A stretch of 64,000 nucleotides of DNA, from NCBI GenBank assembly GCA_041650775.1, contig JBAZKO010000001.1, positions 134,008 to 198,007 on the forward strand, given 5' to 3'. Position numbers and translations under genes: made by a program. The notes under the pieces are model-generated. The model saw only the letters and a program-made list of their open reading frames with translations, was not told the origin of the DNA and did not search any database. This document shows, in pieces, positions 32,928 through 40,796 of this stretch (positions are counted from its first letter, which is position 1; each line of letters opens with the position of its first letter). This DNA is from Patescibacteria group bacterium. GTDB lineage: Bacteria > Patescibacteriota > Patescibacteriia > Patescibacteriales > UBA12465.

Positions 32928-35489
32928 GTGAATATCCTCTCTAAACAAACTAAAAATATGGCCATAAAAACAAACGGCGGCGCGAAAATTTCCACCGCCG
33001 ACCTCAAAGCCCGATCTTTGGTGGAACTCTATCCTCTGATCAATTCCCGTCCTCAAGGCTTAACGACCGAAGAAGCGATTGAACGTTCTCAGATTTTTGG
33101 TTACAACCAAAGCATTAAAGTCAAAAAACTGAATCCGGTACTTAAATTTCTAAGCTATTTTAAAAATCCGCTTATCCTAATTCTAATCGCCGCGGCTTTG
33201 CTTTCCGGATTAACCGGGCAGATTCGCAGTATGGCCATCATCCTATCAATGATTTTCTTAAGTATCATCCTCAATTTCTATCAGGAGCACAAATCCAGCA
33301 AGGCGGCGGAGAAAATTAACAGCCGCTTGGCAATTAAAGCTTATATTCAGCGCGACGGCCGAAAGCAAGAGTTGGATATCAAATATATCGTACCCGGCGA
33401 TATTATTTATCTGGCCGCCGGCGATATCGTCCCGGCTGACGGAAAAATAATTATGGCCGACGATTTCTTCTTAAACGAATCAAGCCTGACCGGCGAAAGC
33501 CTGCCGATAGAAAAGCGGATAACGGAAAATAACGCGATTTTTTCAGGCACCAACGTGATTTCCGGCTTTGGCCAATTCCTGGTGACGGCGATCGGTTCTA
33601 ACACGGAATTCGGCCAAATCGTTCAAAAGATTAGCCGGCCGGAGCTAGAGAACGCTTTTGAAAAAGGGATAAAAAGTTTCGGTTTTCTGATTATCCGCAT
33701 TATCGCCTTTATAGTAATGATCATTTTTTTAATTAACGCCCTAATGCACAAAGGCGTTTTTAATTCTTTTATTTTTGCCCTAGCTGTCGCTGTCGGCGTT
33801 ACGCCCGAACTCCTGCCGATGATTATGAGCATTAATATGGCCAAAGGCGCGGCGCGAATGGCGAAAAAAGGTGTCCTGGTTAAACGGCTTAATTCCATCC
33901 CCACCTTCGGTTCAATGGATATTCTCTGTACCGATAAAACCGGTACCTTAACCGAAGACCACATCGCGGTTATCGAACATATCGATATTTTCGGCCAAGA
34001 GTCCGATCGGGTCTTTAAAGACGCCTATATTAACAGCTACTTTGAAACAGGGATCAAAAGCGTTCTGGACGAAGCGGTTTTAGCCCACCAGAAGCTGGAA
34101 ACAGAAAGTTATACAAAAATCGAAGAACTACCTTATGATTTCAATCGCAAACGGTCTTCAATTATTTACGGTAGTGGCGGCCTGATGACAATGATTACTA
34201 AAGGCGCGCCGGAAGAAATTTTCAAAATCAGCACGCATTATTTGCAAGGCGGCGAAAAGAAATTACTCAACCCGGAAATCTTAAAAACGGCCAAAGATTT
34301 ATACGATCGGCTAAGTACTGAAGGCTTGCGGGTTCTGGCGATTACGGAGAAACAAATTACGGTTAAAAAAGACCGGTACCCCCCAAGCGAAGAAAACGAA
34401 TTGATGCTTCTGGGTTTTATGGCTTTTTACGATCCTCCGAAAAATGATGTTAAAGAAACTTTGGTCTTTATGAAACAACACGGTGTCGACATTAAGATTC
34501 TGACCGGCGACAGTCCGCTCGTCACTAAAAAAATCTGCAATGACTTGGGTTTAGAAATCAAAGGAATCATTACCGGCGAAGATTTGGACTTAAACCGCCT
34601 GACTGACGAAGAAATCTATAAAAGAATCAAGAACGCCACTATCGCCGCGCGTCTGTCTCCCAGCCAAAAAGAAAAAATCATTCTGGAACTGAAGAAAAAC
34701 GGCGCGGTTGTCGGCTATCTGGGCGATGGCATCAACGATACGCCGGCACTTAAAACCGCCGACGTCGGAATTTCCGTGGAGAACGCCGTCGATGTCGCCA
34801 AAGAGACCGCCGATATCATTTTGATGCGGAAAGGACTGAAAGAATTAATGCTGGGAGTAATCGAGGGACGCAAGACTTTCGGCAATACCATGAAATACCT
34901 GTTGATGTGCCTGAGTTCTAATTTCGGCAATATGTTTTCTATGATCGGCGCCAGTCTATTCTTACCCTTCTTCCCGATGACCGCCGGACAAATCTTATTG
35001 AACAACCTCATCTACGACAGTTCGCAATTGTCTTTGCCCTCCGATAACGTCGATTCGGAATATGTCAAAAAACCCAAACATTGGAATATCGGCTTCCTCA
35101 AAAAATATATGGTTGTTTTCGGATTGATAAGTTCGCTTTTTGATTTTTTAACTTTTTACGTTCTATACGGCGCTTTCAAACTTTCCGGCGCGGGCTTTCA
35201 AACCGGCTGGTTTATCGAATCTTTGGCGACACAAACCTTAGTAATCTATATCATCCGAACGCAAAAAATCCCTTTCATCCAATCTCGTCCGAGCAAGGCT
35301 TTACTTGCGACCACTTTGGGCGCAGTAATCTTCGGCTTAATTTTAATCCAAGACGGAATCGGAAAATTATTCGGTTTTGATCCTTTGCCGGGGCTGGCTT
35401 TGCTAATCATCTTTCTAATGGTTCTGATTTATCTGCTGATAGTCGAACTAGTCAAACAAGTCTTCTATGCCAGGATAAAAATATCCTAA
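32928..35489 (+). CDS. mgtA: P-type ATPase, MgtA-like (Mg2+-importing type)
   Basis: 853 aa with TGES (LTGESLPIEK), phosphorylation site CTDKTGTLT, hinge GDGINDTPAL and 10 TM helices. The start could be GTG 32928 or ATG 32958. Confidence 0.85.
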   Translation: MNILSKQTKNMAIKTNGGAKISTADLKARSLVELYPLINSRPQGLTTEEAIERSQIFGYNQSIKVKKLNPVLKFLSYFKNPLILILIAAALLSGLTGQIRSMAIILSMIFLSIILNFYQEHKSSKAAEKINSRLAIKAYIQRDGRKQELDIKYIVPGDIIYLAAGDIVPADGKIIMADDFFLNESSLTGESLPIEKRITENNAIFSGTNVISGFGQFLVTAIGSNTEFGQIVQKISRPELENAFEKGIKSFGFLIIRIIAFIVMIIFLINALMHKGVFNSFIFALAVAVGVTPELLPMIMSINMAKGAARMAKKGVLVKRLNSIPTFGSMDILCTDKTGTLTEDHIAVIEHIDIFGQESDRVFKDAYINSYFETGIKSVLDEAVLAHQKLETESYTKIEELPYDFNRKRSSIIYGSGGLMTMITKGAPEEIFKISTHYLQGGEKKLLNPEILKTAKDLYDRLSTEGLRVLAITEKQITVKKDRYPPSEENELMLLGFMAFYDPPKNDVKETLVFMKQHGVDIKILTGDSPLVTKKICNDLGLEIKGIITGEDLDLNRLTDEEIYKRIKNATIAARLSPSQKEKIILELKKNGAVVGYLGDGINDTPALKTADVGISVENAVDVAKETADIILMRKGLKELMLGVIEGRKTFGNTMKYLLMCLSSNFGNMFSMIGASLFLPFFPMTAGQILLNNLIYDSSQLSLPSDNVDSEYVKKPKHWNIGFLKKYMVVFGLISSLFDFLTFYVLYGAFKLSGAGFQTGWFIESLATQTLVIYIIRTQKIPFIQSRPSKALLATTLGAVIFGLILIQDGIGKLFGFDPLPGLALLIIFLMVLIYLLIVELVKQVFYARIKIS

Positions 35490-35520
35490 CAGTATACCTA
35501 GTGTGCCGATAGAACTCTTC

Positions 35521-35549
35521 TTGACAATTTCATCCGGATGTTATATGAT
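35521..35549 (+). promoter_or_regulatory. candidate promoter TTGACA-17-TATGAT
   Basis: Read directly; it precedes the 35571/35595 ORF. Confidence 0.6.
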
Positions 35550-35594
35550 TGACGGAATAGAAATTGTATAGTGCTCATTAAAAAATCAATAAAT

Positions 35595-36038
35595 ATGAAA
35601 CATTTTAGGGATACAAAAAAATTTTTGTTGCTGGTTAGGCTGATTACCTTATTCTCATTTGATACCATTTTCCTTGGAAAAACAAAACTTAGCGGAAAAG
35701 TTCCAGCCAGGACAATTAATAAAGCTTATCTGTCGGAATACGGAGAAATTATTTGGGAATCGCGCTGTTCCGAAATTGCCTGGAAGAGCATAAAATGGGA
35801 AATGAGGTCCTGCTGTATATCGAAAGAAGGAAATTTCCTAAAAAAGGAGTTTGACGGATTAGCCGCCAACATAAAAGAAGCCCTTAAAAAAACCGGCATC
35901 AAAGAAGAGGAGGCGACGTTATTTGTCGCGGAGCTGGAAAAAGCGGTTCTTCAAAAAGCTTCTTGGAGTGCGAACTCCGAAAAAGAATTTCCCGGAGGAA
36001 TCGGTCGGGTCAATTCGCTTACGGCAATAATGAATTAG
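35595..36038 (+). CDS. hypothetical protein (orphan), N-terminal hydrophobic segment
   Basis: The ORF opens at GTG 35571, and ATG 35595 gives MKHFRDTKKFLLLVRLITLF.... It has its own promoter and terminator. No recognisable domain. Confidence 0.45.
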   Translation: MKHFRDTKKFLLLVRLITLFSFDTIFLGKTKLSGKVPARTINKAYLSEYGEIIWESRCSEIAWKSIKWEMRSCCISKEGNFLKKEFDGLAANIKEALKKTGIKEEEATLFVAELEKAVLQKASWSANSEKEFPGGIGRVNSLTAIMN

Positions 36039-36061
36039 AATCAGTTCAATAAAACAAAAAC

Positions 36062-36092
36062 AAAGGACGGTAATTTAATCCCGTCCTTTTTT
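36062..36092 (+). terminator. intrinsic terminator (AAAGGACGG-N10-CCGTCCTTT + T-run)
   Basis: Read directly, 24 nt after the stop at 36038. Confidence 0.8.
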
Positions 36093-36113
36093 AAATTCAA
36101 AATCATCTGGTCA

Positions 36114-36142
36114 TTTACAAAAATAGGGCTTTATGCTATATT
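36114..36142 (+). promoter_or_regulatory. candidate promoter TTTACA-17-TATATT
   Basis: Read directly. It is followed by an AGGAG Shine-Dalgarno-like element 9 nt before ATG 36192. Confidence 0.6.
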
Positions 36143-36191
36143 TTTTTATTACCTTAACAACAGAACAAACTTAATATAGGAGATATTGATC

Positions 36192-36983
36192 ATGGAACAA
36201 AAAGTAATCAAAAAAATCGTCTGGTCTTTCGTTAAAAACGAACAACCGGAAAAGGCTTTAGAAGCCGCCTTAAAATTAAAGCGAGATAAAAAATTTGATA
36301 AATTCTTGATGCGGATAGCGAACTATCATCTGGAACGAATAGTCTTGCCTAAACGTTTTATCTGGCGAAAACGAAAAAAATTGTCGGATTCCGAGCGATT
36401 TTTGATTTTTAAACATCTTAATTTAGCCTACGAAACCACCGGTAAAATTGAATCACTCAGGCTAAGAACGTCCATCAGAAAAAAAATCTTCAGGAAAGGC
36501 TTAGAATGTCTCAAAATTCCAGACGGCCCGATAAAGGAATTGGCTGAATTTTTGTATATTATGTTGCGCTACAGGATAATTAAAGGATCTGGGTTTGAAT
36601 CTTGCCAAGATCCAAATTACTTTCTAAAACGAGTAATCAAGGATTATCTGAAAATTTCTCATCTTGATGGGAGAGAAATAGTTAGGGTCGCTAAACTGCT
36701 GACTATCGGTGAATGCGTCAAAAAAATGAAAAAATTAATTCCCGTCTTTATTAAACGCGGGGACTACGAAGCTTTGGAATTAATATGGAAGACCTATGGC
36801 ATATTAAAAGAGGAAATCGCTTGGAAATCGGAAAAAATAATTCTTTCCTGTTTGGAAAAAGGGAAAATAAAGGAAGCTGAGGAGGCTCTATCTTTAATAG
36901 TCGATGCGAATAAGCGGCAAGAATACCATGAATTGTTGAGCGTCGATTTTGAATCTGCGGAAAAAGGGAAAAAAAATAATTAA
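36192..36983 (+). CDS. hypothetical alpha-helical repeat-like protein (orphan)
   Basis: 263 aa counted from ATG 36192 (TTG at 36186 in the track). Lys/Glu/Leu-rich and predicted helical. It has its own promoter, SD and terminator. Confidence 0.5.
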   Translation: MEQKVIKKIVWSFVKNEQPEKALEAALKLKRDKKFDKFLMRIANYHLERIVLPKRFIWRKRKKLSDSERFLIFKHLNLAYETTGKIESLRLRTSIRKKIFRKGLECLKIPDGPIKELAEFLYIMLRYRIIKGSGFESCQDPNYFLKRVIKDYLKISHLDGREIVRVAKLLTIGECVKKMKKLIPVFIKRGDYEALELIWKTYGILKEEIAWKSEKIILSCLEKGKIKEAEEALSLIVDANKRQEYHELLSVDFESAEKGKKNN

Positions 36984-36990
36984 AGAAAAC

Positions 36991-37019
36991 AAAAGGATGT
37001 TTATCAGACATCCTTTTTT
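36991..37019. terminator. bidirectional intrinsic terminator (AAAGGATGT-N7-ACATCCTTT)
   Basis: 9-bp perfect stem flanked by A and T runs. Confidence 0.8.
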
Positions 37020-37028
37020 AAATAAACA

Positions 37029-37044
37029 CTGCGGGACCTGGATT
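37029..37044 (-). repeat. 16-nt exact direct repeat of the tRNA-Gln 3' end (CTGCGGGACCTGGATT on plus strand)
   Basis: Identical to 37242-37257. The copy covers the discriminator, the acceptor 3' strand, the T-stem 3' strand and part of the T-loop. Confidence 0.9.
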
Positions 37045-37200
37045 TCCGCCTCACTTGCCGGCCAGCCGGCTCGTTCGTTGTCGCGGTCAGCGCCCGAAGC
37101 TCCCCCGGAGCTTCGTCCGACGCTCGCTACGCCTGTGCCCCGCTGGACACAAGCTAAGCTCGCTCCTGACCTGTTCGAATCCATAGACCCTGAAGACGAT
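37029..37200. other. GC-rich ~170-nt element able to fold as one long imperfect hairpin, bracketed by terminators (candidate structured ncRNA or integration scar)
   Basis: There is no credible CDS here, and GC is strikingly higher than the flanks by eye. The apex is GAAGCTCC-GGG-GGAGCTTC. The terminal arms are an exact and a degenerate inverted copy of the tRNA-Gln 3' end. Confidence 0.4.
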
Positions 37201-37206
37201 AAAAAT

Positions 37207-37231
37207 AAAACCATAACAAAGTTATGGTTTT
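37207..37231. terminator. bidirectional stem-loop AAAACCATAAC-AAA-GTTATGGTTTT
   Basis: 11-bp perfect stem immediately 3' of tRNA-Gln on the minus strand. Confidence 0.75.
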
Positions 37232-37241
37232 ATTTTTATAG

Positions 37242-37312
37242 CTGCGGGACCTGGATTCGAACCAGGATAAACGGCTTCAAAGGCCGCTGTCCTACCGTTA
37301 GACGATCCCGCA
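37242..37312 (-). tRNA. tRNA-Gln (anticodon UUG)
   Basis: Manual cloverleaf. The acceptor stem is TGCGGGA/TCCCGCA, the anticodon loop is CTTTGAA, and the T-arm is CCTGG-TTCGAAT-CCAGG. CCA is not encoded. Confidence 0.9.
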
Positions 37313-37374
37313 AAGATATGAGGATATTATTAAAAAATAACCCGGATGTCAATCAAAGCGAGCCCGCTTCCCGC

Positions 37375-38283
37375 TTAAATCCGCGCGTACTTGCGAACCG
37401 CGAATAAACTGGCGATTATATTGATAGCTAAAACGGCCAAAAATTCCGCGCCGAAAATCCAGAAGAAATTATCGACGAAATAAGCTAAGATATTTACGTT
37501 ATAACCCATAAAAAATACTTCTAAATATGGCTGGATTAGAGTTAATAAAGGATAAAAAACGGAAATGACTATCAGAATGCTAAGCAGAGAATAAACCATG
37601 GCGGAAAAGAGATACGGCATGTAAATGAAAAAATTAGAAGCGCCGACGAGCCGCATAATCTCTATTTCCTGGCGATGAGTATAAATCGCCACTCGAATCG
37701 CGTTATAGACGACCAATAAACTAGTTATGATAAAGATGGAAATTATGAACAGACCGACTTCGCTGAGCCGTTTAGTAATACTGTTAATTTTCGTCAGAAT
37801 CGCCGTATTATCGGAAAAATCGCGCGATTCGATAATCGGATTATCAATCATCTTCAATTTATTGATCAGCAGATTGGACTCGTCGAAATTCTTCGGTAGA
37901 ATCGTCAGGCTCGGCGATAAAGGATTGCGCCCTAATTCTTTCAGCGCCAGGAGAATTTCCTGGTTGTTCCGATATTTTTCCCGGAAAGATTCGAGCGCCG
38001 CTTGTTTGGGAACATAAACAATATTTTTGACTTCTTCAAAATTGGCGATTTTGGCGCGTAAAGCGATAATCTCACTCTCCGGGGCTTCCGTCTTCAAATA
38101 TAAACTGATATCGATTTTTTCCCGGATAGCGGCAATCGCATTATCGCTTATCAGGCGAATCGTAATCAAAGTATTAATAGAAAATAGAGCCAATAATAAA
38201 ATGGTAATGGTGACTATCGTCAACCAAATATTGCGGACGATGTCCTGAAAGCTGAATTTGATGATGCGATATAGAGACAACAT
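37375..38283 (-). CDS. ftsX: cell-division ABC transporter permease-like protein FtsX
   Basis: 302 aa with TM1, an extracytoplasmic domain and three C-terminal TM helices. It directly follows ftsE. Confidence 0.9.
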   Translation of the reverse strand: MLSLYRIIKFSFQDIVRNIWLTIVTITILLLALFSINTLITIRLISDNAIAAIREKIDISLYLKTEAPESEIIALRAKIANFEEVKNIVYVPKQAALESFREKYRNNQEILLALKELGRNPLSPSLTILPKNFDESNLLINKLKMIDNPIIESRDFSDNTAILTKINSITKRLSEVGLFIISIFIITSLLVVYNAIRVAIYTHRQEIEIMRLVGASNFFIYMPYLFSAMVYSLLSILIVISVFYPLLTLIQPYLEVFFMGYNVNILAYFVDNFFWIFGAEFLAVLAINIIASLFAVRKYARI

Positions 38284-38297
38284 AATAATAGGCTTAT

Positions 38298-38978
38298 CTA
38301 TAATAAATATTTTCCGTGTTCCCGGTCGCCAATAATCTGACCTTGCTCCATGGTAATCACCCGCTTATTTAAGCGATTAACGATTTCTTTGTTATGCGTG
38401 ACCAGAATAACGGTCGTCCCGAACTTATTTATTCGCAGGAGCAAATCAATGATTTCATTGGCGTTAATCGCATCCAGATTACCGGTTGGCTCATCGGCCA
38501 ATAATATCTTTGGCTGATGCACCAGGGCGCGGGCGATTGCCACCCGCTGTTCTTCGCCACCGGAAACTTCGCCCGGATAACGTTTTTTCTTATCTTCCAG
38601 GCCGACTATCTTTAAGACGCTAGGGACGATTTTCTTTATTTTATCCGGCCGGCCGCCGGAAACCTGCAAAGCGAAAGCGACATTTTCTTCTAAAGTTTTC
38701 TTGGGTAACAATTTAAAATCCTGAAAGATCACGCCGATTTGCCGTCGCAGATAAGGGACTTCCCGGCGGTTAATTTTGGTTATATCCCAATCACCGATAA
38801 CTACTCGACCTTCGTTAACCTGTTCTTCGCCGATTAAAATGCGTACTAAAGTCGTTTTGCCGGCGCCGGATTGGCCGACGATCGAAACGAATTCACCCGG
38901 TTTAATCGCCAAGCTGACGTCTTTCAAGACTTTGGTTTTATTTCCGTAAGTTTTAGAAATATTATGCAAATTGATCAT
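38298..38978 (-). CDS. ftsE: cell-division ATP-binding protein FtsE
   Basis: Walker A GQSGAGKTT, signature VSGGEEQRVAIARAL and Walker B ILLADEPT. ATG 38978 is preferred to TTG 38984. Confidence 0.93.
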   Translation of the reverse strand: MINLHNISKTYGNKTKVLKDVSLAIKPGEFVSIVGQSGAGKTTLVRILIGEEQVNEGRVVIGDWDITKINRREVPYLRRQIGVIFQDFKLLPKKTLEENVAFALQVSGGRPDKIKKIVPSVLKIVGLEDKKKRYPGEVSGGEEQRVAIARALVHQPKILLADEPTGNLDAINANEIIDLLLRINKFGTTVILVTHNKEIVNRLNKRVITMEQGQIIGDREHGKYLL

Positions 38979-39012
38979 AAACAATGGGTGTTCGTTACTC
39001 CGCCAAATTTTA

Positions 39013-40509
39013 TTATTTTAACTTTTTAAGACCGAAGCGAATCAACTGCTCATTGTCCAAAAAACTGGATTCTTTATTCTGGGAACCGAAATTAATGGCA
39101 ATCAGATTACCCTGCGGGGTTTTGACCCGCGTCATCAGACAATAACCGGCTTCATTCAGATAGCCGGTCTTGGAACCGACAATCTGGTATTTGCCGGACT
39201 TTAAGAGTTGATTGGTATTGGTTAAAGTATGGGTCTTCTTGGTATTAACGGTCTTGAAAGTATATTTGACGGTGGAGGTGATTTTCTGTAAAAGAGGGTT
39301 ATTAAAAACTTCTTTGATTATTATAGCATAATCAAGCGGAGAACTCACATTGTTCGGTGACAAACCGGTCGGTTCGACGAATTTTGTATCGACGGCTCCC
39401 CAGGATTTGACGGCTTCGTTCATTTTAGCGATAAACTTACCCCGTTCCAGACCGCTGACGCGCACTAAGGTCTCGACGGCATTATTAGCCGAACCGACCA
39501 GAGCGCTGTAAATCAGATTTTCGATTGTGAGTGTTTCACCTTCCGTTACTTTCAGACGGGCGGATTCCCAGGACTTGCAGTATTCATAATTATATTTCTC
39601 ATCCTGATATTTATAACTAACCACTTTATTCAAAGTCGGTTTAGTATCCAAAAAAACTTTAGCCGCTACCAATTTTGTCAAACTGGCCAAAGGCGAAACC
39701 GTTTCTTCATTCTTGCCCCAGATAACCTGTCCGGTCTTTTCCAGCATGATGACCGCGGAAGAGGCCGTCAAATTCAATTCGCTATTTACCTGCGGCGTCG
39801 CCTTTTTCAGTTCTGGTATAACTACCTTTAGGGGTTCAATCTTGACGGAAACCAGACCGGCGCCGGCCGAAGCTATTTTTTTAAAAGCGACATAATCCAA
39901 ATCAACCACCCGTTCCGGATACTTACCGCGCTCCGGACCAAAATCATTGACCGTGACATCGACAAATTTTCCGTTATCAAGATTATGAACCCGCAAAACC
40001 GTACCTTTGACAAAATCCGGCGAAGCGGCGAAAAGGCCGTTTTTAAATTTATACCAACTGGCCGTTCCGACTGCCAAAATATCGGGATTGGCTAAAACAA
40101 CCAGGCGGCCATTAAGGGCATCGGTCGTCGCGGTGACATATTCTTCGAGCGGATTATCAACGGTTAAAATCGGTCGCCAAACGCCGGCGATTTGATCATA
40201 GGAAAAAATCTGCTTTAAATTATTATTCTTCTTGCCATAATTAATCTTTATTTTCAGCGGCCGACTGGGATCATAAAGTCCGGCCGTCGCAAAAGAATAG
40301 CTGTAAACCGGAGTCAGGGCTTGCCATTCCCAAGGTAAGGTGGCCTCATCGTTTCCCGAAGAAATATTCAAAGAAACCGGCGCCGTAAAAGCGGCTGGCT
40401 CGTAATTTATTTTAAATTCATCCGCCGGCGCCGCTTGAACGGCCGAAACGACAAAAATAAATAAAAAAAGGCCGGAGAAAATAAAAAATTTTTTGGATTT
40501 AAATGTCAT
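39013..40509 (-). CDS. secreted fusion of an RlpA-like DPBB domain and a serine-type D-Ala-D-Ala carboxypeptidase (S11)
   Basis: Signal peptide. The central segment GTASWYKF...VLRVHNLDNGKFVDVTVNDFGP is DPBB/RlpA-like. The C-terminal part carries SLTKL (SxxK), GSANN (SxN) and SKTGY (KTG). Confidence 0.8.
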   Translation of the reverse strand: MTFKSKKFFIFSGLFLFIFVVSAVQAAPADEFKINYEPAAFTAPVSLNISSGNDEATLPWEWQALTPVYSYSFATAGLYDPSRPLKIKINYGKKNNNLKQIFSYDQIAGVWRPILTVDNPLEEYVTATTDALNGRLVVLANPDILAVGTASWYKFKNGLFAASPDFVKGTVLRVHNLDNGKFVDVTVNDFGPERGKYPERVVDLDYVAFKKIASAGAGLVSVKIEPLKVVIPELKKATPQVNSELNLTASSAVIMLEKTGQVIWGKNEETVSPLASLTKLVAAKVFLDTKPTLNKVVSYKYQDEKYNYEYCKSWESARLKVTEGETLTIENLIYSALVGSANNAVETLVRVSGLERGKFIAKMNEAVKSWGAVDTKFVEPTGLSPNNVSSPLDYAIIIKEVFNNPLLQKITSTVKYTFKTVNTKKTHTLTNTNQLLKSGKYQIVGSKTGYLNEAGYCLMTRVKTPQGNLIAINFGSQNKESSFLDNEQLIRFGLKKLK

Positions 40510-40532
40510 AGATGGATGTCATAAATATCTAA

Positions 40533-40562
40533 TTGACTAAAATAACTTTTTAAGCCTATAAT
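40533..40562 (+). promoter_or_regulatory. candidate promoter for the tRNA pair (TTGACT-18-TATAAT)
   Basis: Read directly, 50 nt upstream of tRNA-Gly. Confidence 0.6.
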
Positions 40563-40612
40563 GATTAAAGTCAGCGGCAAAGAACGGCAAAAATCAGGAA
40601 GCAAACGGACGC

Positions 40613-40684
40613 GCGGGTGTCGTATAATGGTTATTACGTCAGCTTCCCAAGCTGAAGAAGGCGGTCCGATTCCGCTCACCCGCT
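40613..40684 (+). tRNA. tRNA-Gly (anticodon CCC)
   Basis: Manual cloverleaf. The acceptor stem is GCGGGTG/CACCCGC and the anticodon loop is TTCCCAA. The T-arm is GGCGG-TCCGATT-CCGCT, and CCA is encoded at 40685-40687. Confidence 0.85.
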
Positions 40685-40700
40685 CCCAAAAATAAAGGTT

Positions 40701-40773
40701 GCCGAGATAGCTCAGTCGGTAGAGCGACGCACTCGTAACGCGTAGGTCAGGGGTCCGATTCCCCTTCTCGGCT
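40701..40773 (+). tRNA. tRNA-Thr (anticodon CGU)
   Basis: Manual cloverleaf. The acceptor stem is GCCGAGA/TCTCGGC and the D-arm is GCTC-AGTCGGTA-GAGC. The anticodon loop is CTCGTAA and the T-arm is AGGGG-TCCGATT-CCCCT. Confidence 0.88.
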
Positions 40774-40796
40774 CACTAAAAAGAACTCAAAAAAAC

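Noticed and set aside
37025-37200. Considered whether the GC-rich element is tmRNA, SRP RNA or RNase P RNA.
   Set aside because: For tmRNA, the minus strand begins GGGTCTATGGATTCGAACAGG, superficially like a tmRNA 5' end. That motif is just the palindromic T-loop core. No T-arm can be formed at the 3' end, there is no tag ORF ending in a hydrophobic ...AA-stop, and the length is about half of a normal tmRNA. For SRP RNA, there is no GGAA tetraloop or AGCAGC motif. For RNase P, there is no GAGGAAAGTCC or other conserved regions. A 6S-like RNA cannot be excluded or supported by eye.
36894-37407. Track ORFs 36894-37214 (minus) and 36949-37407 (plus) spanning the GC-rich element.
   Set aside because: They run through two intrinsic terminators, and the plus-strand one also runs through the tRNA-Gln gene. 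The open frames are explained by local GC-richness, which leaves few stop codons. Their sequences are Ala/Arg/Pro/Ser-rich with no domain-like features.
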